Origin: Octopus sinensis
Lineage: Eukaryota
Assembly (NCBI RefSeq): GCF_006345805.1
Contig: NC_042999.1
Coordinates: forward strand, 1,054,001 to 1,118,000
DNA length: 64,000 nucleotides
Direction: 5' to 3'
The notes under the pieces are model-generated. The model did not search any database and had not been told where the DNA came from. It saw only the letters and a list, made by a program, of their open reading frames with translations. Both the position numbers and the translations under genes were made by a program. Below, piece by piece: positions 1 to 12,890 of this stretch (its first letter is position 1; every line of letters begins with the position of its first letter).

Positions 1-6
1 TTATTA

Positions 7-54
<48 letters not shown>

Positions 55-240
55 TATTATTATTATCATTATTATTATTATCCTTGTTATTATTATTATT
101 TTATTATTATTATTATTTTATTATTATTATTATTATATCATTATTATTATCATTATATTATTATTATTTTATTATTATTATTATTATTATTATTATCATT
201 ATTATTATTATTATTATCATCATCATTGTCATTATTATAA

Positions 241-279
<39 letters not shown>

Positions 280-468
280 ATTATTATCATTATTATTATT
301 ATTTATTATTATTATTATTATTATATTATTATTATTAATTATTATTATTATTATCATTATATTATTATTATCATCATCATCATTATTATTATCATTATTA
401 TTATTATTATTATTATTTTATTATTATTATTATTATTATTATTATCATTATTATTATCATTATCATCA

Positions 469-511
<43 letters not shown>
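1..511. repeat. Degenerate (TTA/TCA)n microsatellite
   Basis: Continuous TTA with TCA interruptions. Confidence 0.98.
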
Positions 512-610
512 CCAAATAAAGAATCGTTTTTGAAATGGTTCCTGAAATTATTTCTTTCCCACTTTTGTTTCTGTTTAATATGATGGACGCTTTTCAAATT
601 GTTCTTTATT

Positions 611-614
<4 letters not shown>

Positions 615-652
<38 letters not shown>

Positions 653-693
653 TATATATATATATATATACATGTGTGAGTGTGTTTGGCTGG

Positions 694-757
<64 letters not shown>
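615..757. repeat. Compound (CT)n/(AT)n/(GT)n/(GA)n microsatellite
   Basis: Direct reading. Confidence 0.95.
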
Positions 758-1372
758 AAATATGTGTGAGTAAGTATGCCTGTGTATTGAATGTGTTCGA
801 ATGAGAAAGAACGCCTGTCGAAGACTTTGGCGAAATTGGATTAACAGCAAGTTTTAATGGATGAAAATTAATCTTTCGGGGATTATTTTACAGACTGGGG
901 AGGTTTGAAACGTCAGCACGTCTCTATCTCTATGTGAGGTAGACAAGAGGTCTATTTAACCAGCACTTCAGTTTTTTTTTTTTTTTCCAGTAATTCTACA
1001 CTGCTTACAATTACTTCTAATATGACTTCATCTAGCGGAGGGGACGTTAGAGACAGAAACATCGGGAAAAGAAATATCGGTTATTTAAATTTCAAAAAAG
1101 AAATGTTTAGAAAAAATTATAAATAGAAATACAATAAAAGATAATTATGAAAAATTTGACAATAAACAAAAGGATGAACTTCCAAGACAGGCAACAGGCT
1201 TAGCTGCATATCTGAATATCAGAATTTTGTGATATAAACTTATGAAAAACAATTACAACTCACGTATATTGTCAAACGCAGAGAAATCTAGGGAGGGGTC
1301 AGAGATTTCGAAGAGAGCGAAAAGGAGAGAAAATATTAACGTTTCAATTTCCTTCCATTTCCAGGGGTTATA

Positions 1373-1623
1373 TATTGGGTTGGTGCATAATTATTGCGCC
1401 CTTTTTATTCAAACATTTTTATTCAACAAAAATGATAGCAACATTTAATAATCTTTAAATGATTTTTCCGGAGCATATTCACCATCTACTTCAATTACCG
1501 CTTCCCATTTTCTTGGTAGACAGTCAGACCATCATTTAAAGATGTTCTTATTAAATATTGTTATTGTTTTTGCTGATTAAAATTTGTTTTAAAAAGCCAC
1601 AATTATTATGCACCAACCCAATA
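1373..1623. mobile_element. Mariner-type MITE
   Basis: TIR TATTGGGTTGGTGCATAAT at 1373, exact inverse at 1605-1623; resembles the Hsmar1/MADE1 TIR; a left TIR recurs at ~2282. Confidence 0.85.
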
Positions 1624-1853
1624 AAATAAAGGATAATTATGAAAAATTTGACAATAAACAAAAGGATGAACTTCCAAGACAGGCAACAGGCTTAGTTGCA
1701 TATCTGAATATCAGAATTTTATGATATAAGCTTATGAAAAACAATCACAACTCACGTATATTGTCAAACGCAGAGAAATCTAGGGAGGGGTCAGAGTTTT
1801 CGAAAAGAGCGAAAAGGAGAGAAAATATTAACGCTTCATTTTCCTTCCGTTTC

Positions 1854-2255
1854 TTATTTCTTTACTGCTCTCAAGGGGCTAAACATAGAGGGGACAAACA
1901 AGGGCAGACAAAAGGATAAAGTCGATTACAGCGACCCCAGTGCGTAACTGGTACTTATTTAATCGACCCCGAAAGGATGAAAGGTAAATTCGACCTCGGC
2001 GGAATTTGAACTCAGAACGTAACGGCAGATGAAATACCTATTTCTTTACTACCCACAAGGGCTAAACACAGAGAGGGCAAACAAGGACAGACAAAAGGAT
2101 AAAGTCGATTATATCGACCCCAGTGCGTAACTATTACTTATTTAATCGACCCCGAACGGATGAAAGGCAAAGACGACCTCGGCGGAATCTCAACTCAGAA
2201 CGTAGGTAAGCATTTCGCCCGTCGCGTGACGTTTCTGCCAGCTCGCCGCCTTAAG
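1854..2255 (-). mobile_element. tRNA-derived SINE family A, dimer
   Basis: One head plus two bodies, junction GAAATACCTATTTC 2031-2044; 14-bp TSD TTTCCTTCCGTTTC at 1840-1853 and 2256-2269. Confidence 0.9.
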
Positions 2256-2347
2256 TTTCCTTCCGTTTCCTGGAGCCTATATATTGGGTTGGTGCGAAAT
2301 TATTGCGGTTTTTTTTTCAACAAATTTTATTCAACAAAAACAATAAA

Positions 2348-2752
2348 GGAGCAGGAGTGGCTGTGTGGAAAATCGCTTGCTTACCAGCCACATTGTTCCG
2401 GGTTCAGTCCCACTGAGTGGCACCTTGGGCAAGTGTCTTCTACTATAGCCTCGGGCCAACCAAAGCCTTGTGAGTGGATTTGGTAGACGGAAACTGAAAG
2501 AAGCCCGTCGTATATATGTATATGTATGTATGCGTGTGTGTGTGAGTGTGTTGTGTATCTGTGTTTGTTCCCCCAACATCACTTGACAACCGATGCTGGC
2601 GTGTTTAGGTCCCCGGTTCGACAAAAGAGACCGATAGAATAAGTACTAGGCTTACAAAGAATAAGTCCTGGGGGGGGTCGATTTGTTCGACTAAAAGGCG
2701 GTGTTCCGGCATGGCCGCAGTCAAATGACTGAAACAAGTAAAAGAATAAAAG
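2348..2752 (+). mobile_element. tRNA-derived SINE family B, near full length
   Basis: A/B-box-like head (GTGGCTGTGTGG...GGTTCAGTCCC), CCTTGGGCAAG core-like segment, internal microsatellite, shared tail. Confidence 0.85.
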
Positions 2753-3182
2753 GAAGGGTAACTGGAATAAAAGCTTGGACTGTGCACTCGAGTTGCATTC
2801 AAATACGAAGCTGCTCAAGGTCTCATTTGACCTGGAAACCATCGGTTGGCCAATATGTGTATGGAACAGGGATTAATACCGTTATTTGTGGAAATGACAG
2901 ACGACAGAATACTTATGAAGAACAATAAAGAGTTTTGCAAATGAGTGAAATTCTTCTCTCCAGTTGTGGGTTCCCTCTTCTATGAACCAAGTGAGGTGAT
3001 ACTCTATGAGTGCCATCGCAAATCTCTGAAAAATAAGTGTAGTAGGCGAGAGGAGCCCTGTGCACTTTGATTCAATCTAACGTGACGTAGCATGGAATGT
3101 GTGGAACCAAACTTGAAGCCACTTTCCAAGCTTCTCTACGTGGAATGGCTACTGCCAACTTCTATGTTTTAATATTATGATA

Positions 3183-3318
3183 CCAGTGCGTAACTGGTAC
3201 GTAATTTATCCACCCCGAAAGGATGAAAGGCAAAATCAACCTCGGCGGAATTCGAACTCAGAACGTAACGGCAGACGAAATACGGCTACGCATTTCGCCC
3301 GGCGTGCTAACGTTTCTA
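3183..3318 (-). mobile_element. SINE family A fragment
   Basis: Matches the head and body of the other A copies. Confidence 0.85.
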
Positions 3319-3865
3319 CCAAAATAGCTAAGATAATGCAAGGGACGGCGAGCGTGTGCACCTCAAGATATAAAGTACACGATAGCGAACGTAAACATAC
3401 GTCAGCCGCTAAAAAGTCCGCGATAGATGTAGGGCAGCTCTACAACGTATATTTACGTTAACCGGTAAGCAATCAAAAGTGTGACCGCATATTTGCGTCA
3501 CCCGTTGTCAAGGGGTTAAATGTTCGTGAACAATTCGATCCATCATCGCCAAAATCCCAGACTAAGCACTCTCTCATGCATCACCACTCATTGATCCTTG
3601 CAGGATGCTCAACAGCAACAACGTTTCACCTTTTACCATTCACTTGTTTTAGTCATTAGACTACAACCATTCTGGGGCACCGCCTTCAAGTATTTTCCCC
3701 GAGAAAATCGCCCCAGTACTTATCATTTTAAATTGAACAGGTTTCAAGGTTATCAGTTCTCTTCATGATGTTCTAATTTGTTACGCAGCTATAATTTTGC
3801 TATAATTGCAGCACAGAGGAGCACAGAATTTCTAGTTAGAAAAGAACCACTTACGTCATATTTAT

Positions 3866-4230
3866 GTGGAGGTGCGTGGGTTAGTGGTTAGGGTATCAGC
3901 ATCATGATCGTAAGATTGTGGTTTCGATTACTGGACCGGGCGACGCGCTGTGTTCTCTTATGCCGAACCTTTAAGTTACAAGGACGTAAACACACCAACA
4001 CCGGTTGTCAAGCGGTGGTGGGTGACAAGCACAGACACAAGCATCCACTCACTCACACACTATCACACCCTATACGACAGACTTCTTTCAGTTTCTCTCT
4101 ACCAACTCCGCTCACAAGGCTTTCATCGGCCCGGGGTAATAGTAGAAGACACTTGCTCAAGTACCACGCTGTGGAACTGAACACGGAACCATTTGGTCGG
4201 GAAGCAAACCTCTTACCACATAGCCACGCC
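3866..4230. mobile_element. tRNA-like SINE head (+, 3866-3960) fused to SINE B (-, 3960-4230)
   Basis: GGTTAGTGGTTAGG...GGTTTCGATT head followed by reverse-strand family B sequence. Confidence 0.7.
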
Positions 4231-4424
4231 TCAAATAATAACAGAGATTGCTCTGACCGTGACTCATCTTCAAAGGATCCCCACCCCATCTTTGATGACA
4301 TTCATCATAGATTTACATTTCCTTCGGCTTAATCGTCAATTTTTTTCGATATGTTATTGCTTTTAAAATGTAGTATGTTACATACTTTTCTGTACCAATG
4401 TAGATATGTAAAAAGAAAAAAAAA

Positions 4425-4485
<61 letters not shown>

Positions 4486-5329
4486 CCCCTTAACCCGTTC
4501 CATCTTTGCTTCGGAACAACTACGAAATGACATCTTGAGTGAGAGAACTGCACTTGCAATAGGCTGGAACTGACCTGAAAGGTTAAATGATACAATTGAT
4601 CTCAACGGGACTTGAACTGACAATTCAGAGAAGCCAAACTTACGCTGCAACACATGCTGTTTGATGCTCCAACCTCTCCCGTTTATAACATTTTACAATA
4701 AGGCAATAAAGATATTGTGATTTAGAGAGCTTGCTTATAATTACACTTCTGGTTTGACCTGGGAGACATGAAATCACAATTACAGTAATATGTTTTGAAA
4801 TCCTGAAAACATCTGCAGTTGTTCAGTATCTCGTTCCCATGGCTACTCGGCTTTTTAATGAACAGACAAGATAAAAATTTATCAAAATAGAAATAGAATA
4901 TGTTTTCAAGACGAATCTTCAATTTACTCTTCTGACCTGTAAATGAAATTGAAATGTCAAGGAAGATATTTTATTAAGAATTGATAGCTATAATTTTAAT
5001 TTACTAATCTGTGATTTACATCTGTCATTAATCCCGGAAATAATTTAGATGCCTGTGGATTTAGAAAGAAATAAAAATTGTTCAAGAAAATTGTAATTAA
5101 AACTTTTTCTAGATCAGATGCAACAGCCTGAATTAATTTTAATGTTGTGTCAAGAGAGAAAACGACATAATATTAAACAACACTTTTGCAATATAGCGCT
5201 AAAGAATGCCTATCGCAGAGGTTAATAATGAGATGGGTGATTATTATTTCGAAAATTACTTCCCAAATCTCATTTCAACATTTCTTAGCTAAAAGTTAAA
5301 CAACATCAACAAAGAGGAATTACAACCGT

Positions 5330-5700
5330 GTTTCGTAGTCTGCTACCACAGCAGTTCCTTTATAGGATCCAGTTAGCTCAAGACATCATCAGGAGGAACC
5401 ACGTCCGGTTTCGCCCCATACTCCTCTACCCTTAAAACGTGGCGTGCCCCCCCCCCTTTTGGAGGTGTCTTCAGCTCTGGTGTTGGGTGCATGTCTTCCT
5501 TCTCCTTCTTTCTTCTGTTCCCTGACCTCTTCGATGTAGCGTCAGCGAGTGTCAACGGGCGCCTGGCTGTCTTGTCAAATTTTTTCCCTTTAAATACCTG
5601 CCGCTAGGCTCCAGCAAGTTGTCACGTGACACTGTCTCACCATAACTGACTAGTGAAGGCGCGTAGTTTTAGCCCGCGCATTCTCTAAACGACCGTCATC
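5330..5700 (-). mobile_element. Probable 5' UTR and ORF1 start of an L1/Tx1-like LINE
   Basis: KKEKEDMHPTPELKTPPKGGG...EEYGAKPDVVPPDDVL resembles recalled octopus LINE ORF1 N-termini; CpG-rich leader; not verified by search. Confidence 0.4.
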
Positions 5701-6106
5701 TGTCAGTCAGCGAAGCTGATTCAGTGTCAGCTCGTCTCACCTAATGATGTTATTTCCGGCCGGCATGTAATGATTTTCAAGCCATTTTCGGCCTTCCGAG
5801 ATAGTAAGAAGACGCTTTGCAAAGAAACAGATCAAGCAAGTTGTTCAAAATGAATAAAGAAATCGCTGAGGTATTAAGGAGAGTTGAGTGAATTTTCGAG
5901 CAAATAATGTGCGTTATGACAAGCTGAACAACAATTAGCATATTCACTCGTGTATAGGTCACACTCCTGTAAAAGTCACATTTGTGTATAAGCCGCATCT
6001 CTAGTTTAGTACTAAATCTGAGAACAACATTTTCCCCCTTCATATTGAGACTTGATATAAGTTTTCTACCGTGTATAAGTGACGCCCAATTTTTTTTTTT
6101 TTTAAA

Positions 6107-6496
6107 TCTCTACATATAAAGCTGAAGTTGTCTGTGTATGGCAGGTTTGGTAGCCTTCAATTAACACTATCTCCTCTGAGACCCTGAAGCGCAAGTTGAC
6201 CAAAATTGAGAGTATGATAGAAGTAGGCTTGCTCTTCCTTCCGTAGAAGATAAAATTAAAATCGGACCATGTTAACACCAAAAATTATTTACATGGAAAA
6301 GGTGCTTTTTTCTATGAAAATCCCTATTTTTTACGATTTTTTTGACTGCTGTGTCGCCATGTTTCGGTATATTTCAACCAGAAAAATGTTTACTTAAAGA
6401 GAATAACAAGCTACATAATGCAAAAGTTTTACCCTTCAAAAATTCCAATTCTAAAGGGTCGAAACAAACCCGAGCAACGCCGGGTGATACTGCTAG
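6107..6496 (+). mobile_element. Non-autonomous Helitron
   Basis: 5' TC after A, 3' hairpin CCCGAGCAACGCCGGG (6469-6484), CTAG end before T; homologous copy at 56710-57085 (-). Confidence 0.85.
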
Positions 6497-6514
6497 TCAA
6501 GTATACGACTCTTA

Positions 6515-6740
6515 CAGTTACTCCGTCGGATATGATGACGTGGGTTCCAGTTGATCCGATGAGCGGAACAGCCTGCTTGTGAGCATTTCACAGACACGCG
6601 TAACCCTTAACGTAGCTCTCAGGGAGATTTAGTGATACAGAATGTGAAATACACGTATTACACATTTTTGCCAGGTGAGTGGATTGAAGCAACGTAAAAT
6701 AAGGCTCAAAGACACAACGCGCCACCGATAATCAGTGCGA
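6515..6740 (-). mobile_element. Degenerate SINE family C/D
   Basis: Shares the CTCCGTCGG...CAGTTGATCCGAT...ACAGCCTGCT tail module. Confidence 0.7.
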
Positions 6741-7496
6741 CTCTAATACCAGTAAATACGGTAATTTAATGTAAGCAACCTAACGATAGTTTGTAGGAAC
6801 TTTGAGCAATGAGTTTCATTCCACGTTAATCTTCTCTACGCTCCTAGAGCGCTGACCCAGCTTTCCGTAATGGTTTATTCTCCAATGAAGATGTTAACAA
6901 GATTTTAAAATACTTCACAATGATTACTGTTCCGTAGCTCCCAGATCAATGCACATGCATCATGTGCAGCCCTTTCTATATTGTTATCATTTTTATAGTT
7001 CAGTGAATTTATGGTAAGAATGGCACCCAGCTATTGATAGAAGTCCCCTAACCAAATGGAAATATCCAAAATTTGCAGCAATCCTTCCTCGTATGACTGA
7101 TTGACAATGGATATCCGAAAGTAACTAAACAAAACATTTGCAGGAGATTTGTATAGTGGGTTAATATGATACCAGCATCTATTTTAATTATTTTATCACT
7201 TTTTGAGAGAAAAATAATAAAAGAAAATTAGACCCTTGTGAAATTTTCAATTAGAATATAAGGAGCTGAAATTACATACAGTTAGTCATTTTGTGTTATT
7301 GCAGAACTGAACTATCAATTCAATAGTCCTTACTTTAAATTGTATTAATATTGTGTCTTCCAATTACCTTATAATTACATTATTTTATTTAACAATAAAC
7401 AAGACGAGGACAAATATCCGTCAAATGTAAATAAAGTTCGAAGATTACCTTACAAAAATAAAAGTTCTAGTTACATTAAAACAACACATAAGTGAA

Positions 7497-7661
7497 CTTC
7501 TTATGGGAAACTTCAATCTACCCAATGTCGGATGGCCTGAGGGATTTTCTCTCCCAGGGATGGCACGTTGGGAACAAGGACAGGTGAAGTCCTTCCTGAA
7601 CCTCAACACTTTGTACATGGAACAAATAGTACTCCAGCCAACCTGGGCAGACAATATACTT
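7497..7661 (+). pseudogene. Apurinic-type endonuclease fragment of a CR1/L2/Jockey-group LINE
   Basis: LLMGNFNLPNVGW...FLNLNTLYMEQIVLQPTWADNIL matches the GDFNLP.I.W and EQ.V..PTR..NILDL motifs. Confidence 0.75.
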
Positions 7662-7797
7662 GTTTGTTGTTAACACAACGTTTCGGATGATATATCCCCC
7701 AGTCTACATCAGGTGTCTTGGGGAAATTTCAAACCTGGGTTCTCATTCCCAAGGTATTTTCGATGTTGTTATTATTATTATCGATTCCAGGTAGTAG

Positions 7798-7861
<64 letters not shown>

Positions 7862-7915
7862 CATAAAAGCGAAAGATACCTTAGGAATGAGAACCCAGGT
7901 TCGAAATTTCCCCAA

Positions 7916-7961
7916 GACACCTGATGAAGGCTGGAGAGTATATCAGCCGAAACGTTGTGTT
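7916..7961 (+). ncRNA. Minimal type I hammerhead ribozyme motif
   Basis: GACAC-CUGAUGA-A-GGCUG(loop)CAGCC-GAAAC-GUU-GUGUU; palindromic AACGUU in place of helix III. Confidence 0.75.
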
Positions 7962-9485
7962 AACAACAAACAAGATGAGGACAGATATCCGTCAAATGTA
8001 AATAATTCTTTATTTTGTTTATTAAACGATGGAAAACGTATATTTTTTAAATGTAGACACTTTAAAATATCAGGTTTACTTTGTCAACTCAGAATGTAAA
8101 ATTTCTCCTTATTAACAATTTGCTTTTTCACTAAATTATTATTCCAAGGAATGCAGCGTATTTGGTCTCTGCAATGGTATTGATTTAAATCATTTCGCAT
8201 ATTTTCTTTATTTACCTGTTTTATTTTGACATACACAAGTCTTCCTAGATATGATTTCTAATTTTGTACTGGAATTTACTGTTGCGTTCATCAGTACTAA
8301 ACATAGAATAGACTCTAAAAATAATAGAGATATTTAATGAAATGTTGCCAAATTCTTCAAATTACCAAATATAAAGTTACATTCAAATACATTCAATACT
8401 GTCAAAGTAATACCATTCTCTAAAAATGGTTATTTTCATTGTTTGTTGTTTTGTCTCTATGAACTGACTAGAGACAGTTCCACACTTTTTCTTCACAAGA
8501 CACGTTCAATATTTCCTATAAAAATTTGTCGCAGAACTATTACAATATTTGTCAGTACCAGCTGATATGGCCCCAGAGAATATTTACTTTAACTTTAAAT
8601 AAATATATCTATTTCTATCACAATCCTCACCAACAACGATCAACTTCTCCCCTTAAGCATCAGAATTAACTGTTTTAAAATGAATTCTTAATTTCTGATA
8701 ATTATTTCCTACTTTCTTTGTGAATTGATATTAACTGCTGCGAAGCTTATTTTTTTCTTTCTCAAATCTAATTGCAAATTTAAATTCATTAAGAATTTTT
8801 ACATTCTTCATACATCGTTCAGTACATCGGCACCTTCTTAATTTAAAGTAATCCATGCCATTAGCATTAGGATATTTGACATATCACCCGTCGTTCGAAT
8901 TTTTTTTTAATAAAGAGCATGACTTCTAAACTGGTATGTCTTTATAATTTGGCCGTTATGACTCTAATAAGTTGGAGAGTTGGTGGTGACTTCCAGCAAA
9001 ATGCTGCAACACAGCACATTCATATATTTTCAATAAAACTAAAGACTGTCTTAAATAACTTCCATTTGAGACAGCAGACATTTTTGCTTCATCGTGAGGA
9101 GAATTTTGAGAGGAATTTTGTAGCAACTATTATAGACTCTTTCACTTTTATATATTTGCCTCGTATTTCTCTTGTGTAGAAAACATTTACTACAATAATA
9201 AACACAAACGCAGGCTTTATTTTACTTCCTAATTTTTATTTTCAGGCTGGTTAATCATTAAGCCAATTATCTAATCGATTGTTTCATCGTTAGGTCAATC
9301 AATCACCTAAGTTTTTCAAAGTGTTTTCGTCACCATTCGCGACCTCATCAATGATGTGCCAGCTCTAATCCTGTTCCGCTTCAAATCTGAACTAAATGTT
9401 TGATTGATTGATTGATTGATTGATTGACCGAACGATTGATCAAGCAATTGGTTAAATGATTAACTAGATGGTAAATGAAAACAAG

Positions 9486-9707
9486 CTAGCAGAAACGCTA
9501 GCACGCCGGGCGAAATGCTTTGCGGTATTTCGTCTGTCGCTACGTTCTGAGTTCAAATTTCACCGAGGTCGACTTTGCCTTTCATCCTTTCGGGGTCGAT
9601 AAATTAAGTACCAGTTACGCACTGGGGTCGATATAATCGACTTAATCCCTTTGTCTATCCTTGTTTGTCCTCTCTGTGTTTGGCCCCTTGTGGGTAGTAA
9701 AGAAATA
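9486..9707 (+). mobile_element. SINE family A, monomer
   Basis: 16-bp TSD GGTAAATGAAAACAAG at 9470-9485 and 9708-9723. Confidence 0.92.
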
Positions 9708-10096
9708 GGTAAATGAAAACAAGAAAGTATAATAGAACCTGTGTATGTGCTTATTACTGGCATGATGCCCCTCCCGAAATACAACAAAATTAAATTTTCA
9801 GTTCCTGCTGAATTCCACTTCTCTCTTTTGAACTACAAAATATATTCCTGCTTAAATTTTACAAATAGTTTAGTCTGTCCTCCTTACTTGTAAAGTACTC
9901 ACTATGTATAGAAATTGTAAAAGCACATTCGGAGAGAAAATAGCAAAATACATAAAACAGACAATAGCGTGTCGTCAAAACTTGAATTTTTCTGTCGAAA
10001 CTGTAATGGTTATATAATTTCAAAGTTACTGTTTATACAGATCAGATTTAGTCATTTTCTATAACAGCAACAGCAAAAACATCAATTATAATAATG

Positions 10097-10146
<50 letters not shown>

Positions 10147-10444
10147 TTTTCATCATCTTCCTCGGTACGTGTGTTTGAATGAATTAATGGTTTCATTCAA
10201 TGTTTCATATATGTTTGAATTTAATCAAACATATATAATAGATGCGTCTGAATAAATTAATTATTCCATTCATTGTCTCCTACTTATTTCATTGGCAAAT
10301 ATGAGCAAATTTCAAAACTGATATTAGTAGATTTTTCAATCAAAGCAGTAATAAGCGACAAAACAAATTATTATGTCCCATGATTCGCCTCTCATATTAA
10401 TACGAATTGCGGGGTGACACCGTTGAACAGTGATTGTATAAATA

Positions 10445-10805
10445 GGCGCAGGAGTGGGTGTATATTAAGAAGATTACTTCCCAACCACATGGTTCCGCGT
10501 TCAGTCTCACTGCGTGTCACCTTGGGCAAGGGCCGACCAACGCCTTATGAGTAGATTTGGTAGACGTAAACTAAAAGATACTTGTCATATATATATATAT
10601 ATATATATATACCTGTGCATGTATTTGTGTGTCTGTCTTTGTCCCCCAACCATGGCTTGGCACCGATGCTGGTGTGTTTACGCCTCCGTAACTTAGCGGT
10701 TCTGCAAAAGAGCCCGATAGAATAAGTCCAAGGGTGAATCCGTTCGACTAAAGGCTGTGCTCCACCATGGTCACAGTCAAATTACTGAAACAAGTAAAAG
10801 AATAA
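10445..10805 (+). mobile_element. SINE family B
   Basis: Homologous to 2348-2752. Confidence 0.85.
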
Positions 10806-11113
10806 ATGAATGAAAGAATAAATATTAGTCAAATAATAAATATGAGCTTGTTACCAGTTCAAATATGCCCGGAGCATATTTGAGCCCGTAGGAAATCCAT
10901 TTCTGAATATTTTGTCATCGAGAAAATTCTTCAGTGTAGAATTACAGGCACTACCCATTATTGACAGCTGAGGGTAGCAACTCCACAAAAATAAAGTGTC
11001 TTCTTCAGGGACACAACGCGCCACAGGGAATTGAACTCTCGATCATGACGTGTATACTCCTAACCACTAAACCACGCGCCTTTACTGCTAATGTAATACA
11101 ATAATCCCTCGCA

Positions 11114-11580
11114 AGGCAGCGAGCTGGGGGAAACGTTAGCACACTGGGCGAAATGCTTAGCAGTATTTCGGCTGCTGTTACGTTCTGAGTTCAAATTCCG
11201 CCGAGGTCGACTTTGCCTTTCATCCTTTCGGTGTCGATTAAATAAGTACCAGTTACGCACTGGGGTTGATATAATCGACTTAATCACTTTGTCTGTCCTC
11301 TCTATGTTTAGCTCCTTGTGGGTAGTAAAGAAATAAGCATTTCGTCTTCCGTTACGTTCTGAGTTCAAATTCCGCCGAGGTCGACTTTGCCTTTCATCCA
11401 TTTGGGAGTCGATAAATTAAGTACCAGTTACGCACTGGAGTCGATGTAATCGACTTAATTACTTTGTCTGTCCTTGTTTGTCCCCTTTATGTTTAGCCCC
11501 TTGTGGGCAATAAAGAAATAAGAAACGTTAAAACACCGGGCGAAATGCTTAACGGCATTTCGTCTGTCTTTACGTTGTGA
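11114..11580 (+). mobile_element. SINE family A multimer (head, two bodies, partial third unit)
   Basis: Junctions at ~11337 and ~11520 restart inside the tRNA-like head; no TSD identified. Confidence 0.85.
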
Positions 11581-11971
11581 GCATAAAGGGCGACGAGCCA
11601 TAATCGTGGCCGTCAGGCACAAGTCGACTGCCCACGATTATGGCCCAGATAGATGCATTTCATTTATGGGCGTTTGTTGGGGTCTAATGTCACTCAAACG
11701 CTCCAATACCCAGCTCCCAGAATGCAAGAGGACTAATATTTCAACTAATGACTTTTCAGATGATGTAAAACTTGCCACCATTATATACTAAGAAGATATT
11801 TTAACTATTTTTTGTTTTTTGTGTGTGCATGCTAGTCTCCTTTTCATAAAATGTGCTCAGCAATCCATGCTATGTAAGGGCAAATCCCCAGCTTTATGGG
11901 TTAATCATTTTGCTCGGCGTGTTAACGTTTATGCCAGCTCGCCGCCTTTTAGATAATAAATTAATTACTAT

Positions 11972-12270
11972 GGCACTCCGTCGATTACGACGACGAGGAT
12001 TCCAGTTGATCCAATCGACAGAACAGTCTTCACGTAGTTATCAGGGAGATTCTGCGTGACACAGAGTGAGACAAGGCTGGCCCTTTGAAATACAGGTACA
12101 ACAGAAACAGGAAGAAAGAGAAAGCTGTAGTAAAACAGTACAGCCGGGTTCGCCACCACCACCTGTCGGAGCCTCATAGAGCTTTAGGTGTTTTCGTTCA
12201 ATAAATACTCACAACGCCCGATCTGGGTATCGAAACCGTGATCCTATGATGGCGAGTCCACTGCCCTAAA
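11972..12270 (-). mobile_element. tRNA-derived SINE family C
   Basis: Homologous to 22748-23125, with an internal deletion. Confidence 0.85.
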
Positions 12271-12499
12271 AGAAATCAGCCATATTCGTTTCCAGTCCTT
12301 TTATTGTTGTCGTCGGTCCACAAATATGTTTCATTATCCTTCCCATTTTTCCCTCACACATATACATTTTTTGTCACGATCGTCTTGGGCACTGATCGAT
12401 GGATTTAATTCTCGATAATTGGGATCTTTAGGCTCTCAGGTTTTCAAGAATTCAGCTCGTGTTTCAAAAGAGAGTTCAATCTTTAAATTAAGTAGGAAA

Positions 12500-12644
12500 T
12501 ATTAGGTTGTCCCAAAAGTTCGTAAACACTTGCGAAAATTGAAATTTTACTCGCCAAGTACTAACAAAAACAACAAAAATTATTCCTCAAAATAAAGACC
12601 TTTATTTTCCAAGACTTTCTACGAACTTTTGGGACAACCTTATA
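12500..12644. mobile_element. Mariner-type MITE
   Basis: TIR TTAGGTTGTCCCAAAAGTTCGTA and its inverse, flanked by TA. Confidence 0.85.
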
Positions 12645-12890
12645 TGTGAAACTCAAAATGCCCGGATTGATTTCTAGTCTGGTTAATGCAAGGATATCTT
12701 TTGGTATACCATTTATTTCATTCCAGTTGTATATGACTGAAGAACATATGCAAAAAATACATATCTTGACTTTAAGTAATATTAATTGCTCTGGAGATAT
12801 CAAAGACAGGAACATAACAAAATCATAACAAAACAAATAGAAGGAATTTTTTTTTAAATAACGAAAAGTATGAAAATAATTGAACATAAA

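Larger units (their letters stand above)
1133..2345. repeat. Local tandem duplication of a ~490 bp unit; second copy interrupted by SINEs
   Basis: 1133-1430 recurs at 1625-1853 and resumes at 2256-2345 after the SINE A insertion. Confidence 0.9.
7390..8005. mobile_element. Penelope-like pLTR fragments: inverted pair plus a partial direct copy
   Basis: 7659-7762 is the reverse complement of 7870-7974; 7394-7432 repeats the pLTR 3' end; (AAT)n lies between the inverted copies. Confidence 0.75.

Noticed and set aside
84-338. Poly-I/L/Y ORF and the many IYIY, YIHT, MYVC, poly-M, SL and ER ORFs across the track
   Set aside because: Translations of microsatellites; no evidence of coding function.
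3866-3960. Functional tRNA genes (also 23040-23125, 60480-60558, 43620-43700)
   Set aside because: These are tRNA-like SINE heads continuous with SINE bodies; acceptor stems are incomplete.
3340-4590. piggyBac-like ends (GGGG-TTAA at 3512-3519; TTAACCCG...GGTTAA at ~4490-4587)
   Set aside because: A matching TIR partner is missing or too weak to support a call.
10859-10883. Perfect 10-bp hairpin TCAAATATGC-CCGGA-GCATATTTGA
   Set aside because: Isolated; probably an internal motif of a decayed MITE, with no further support.
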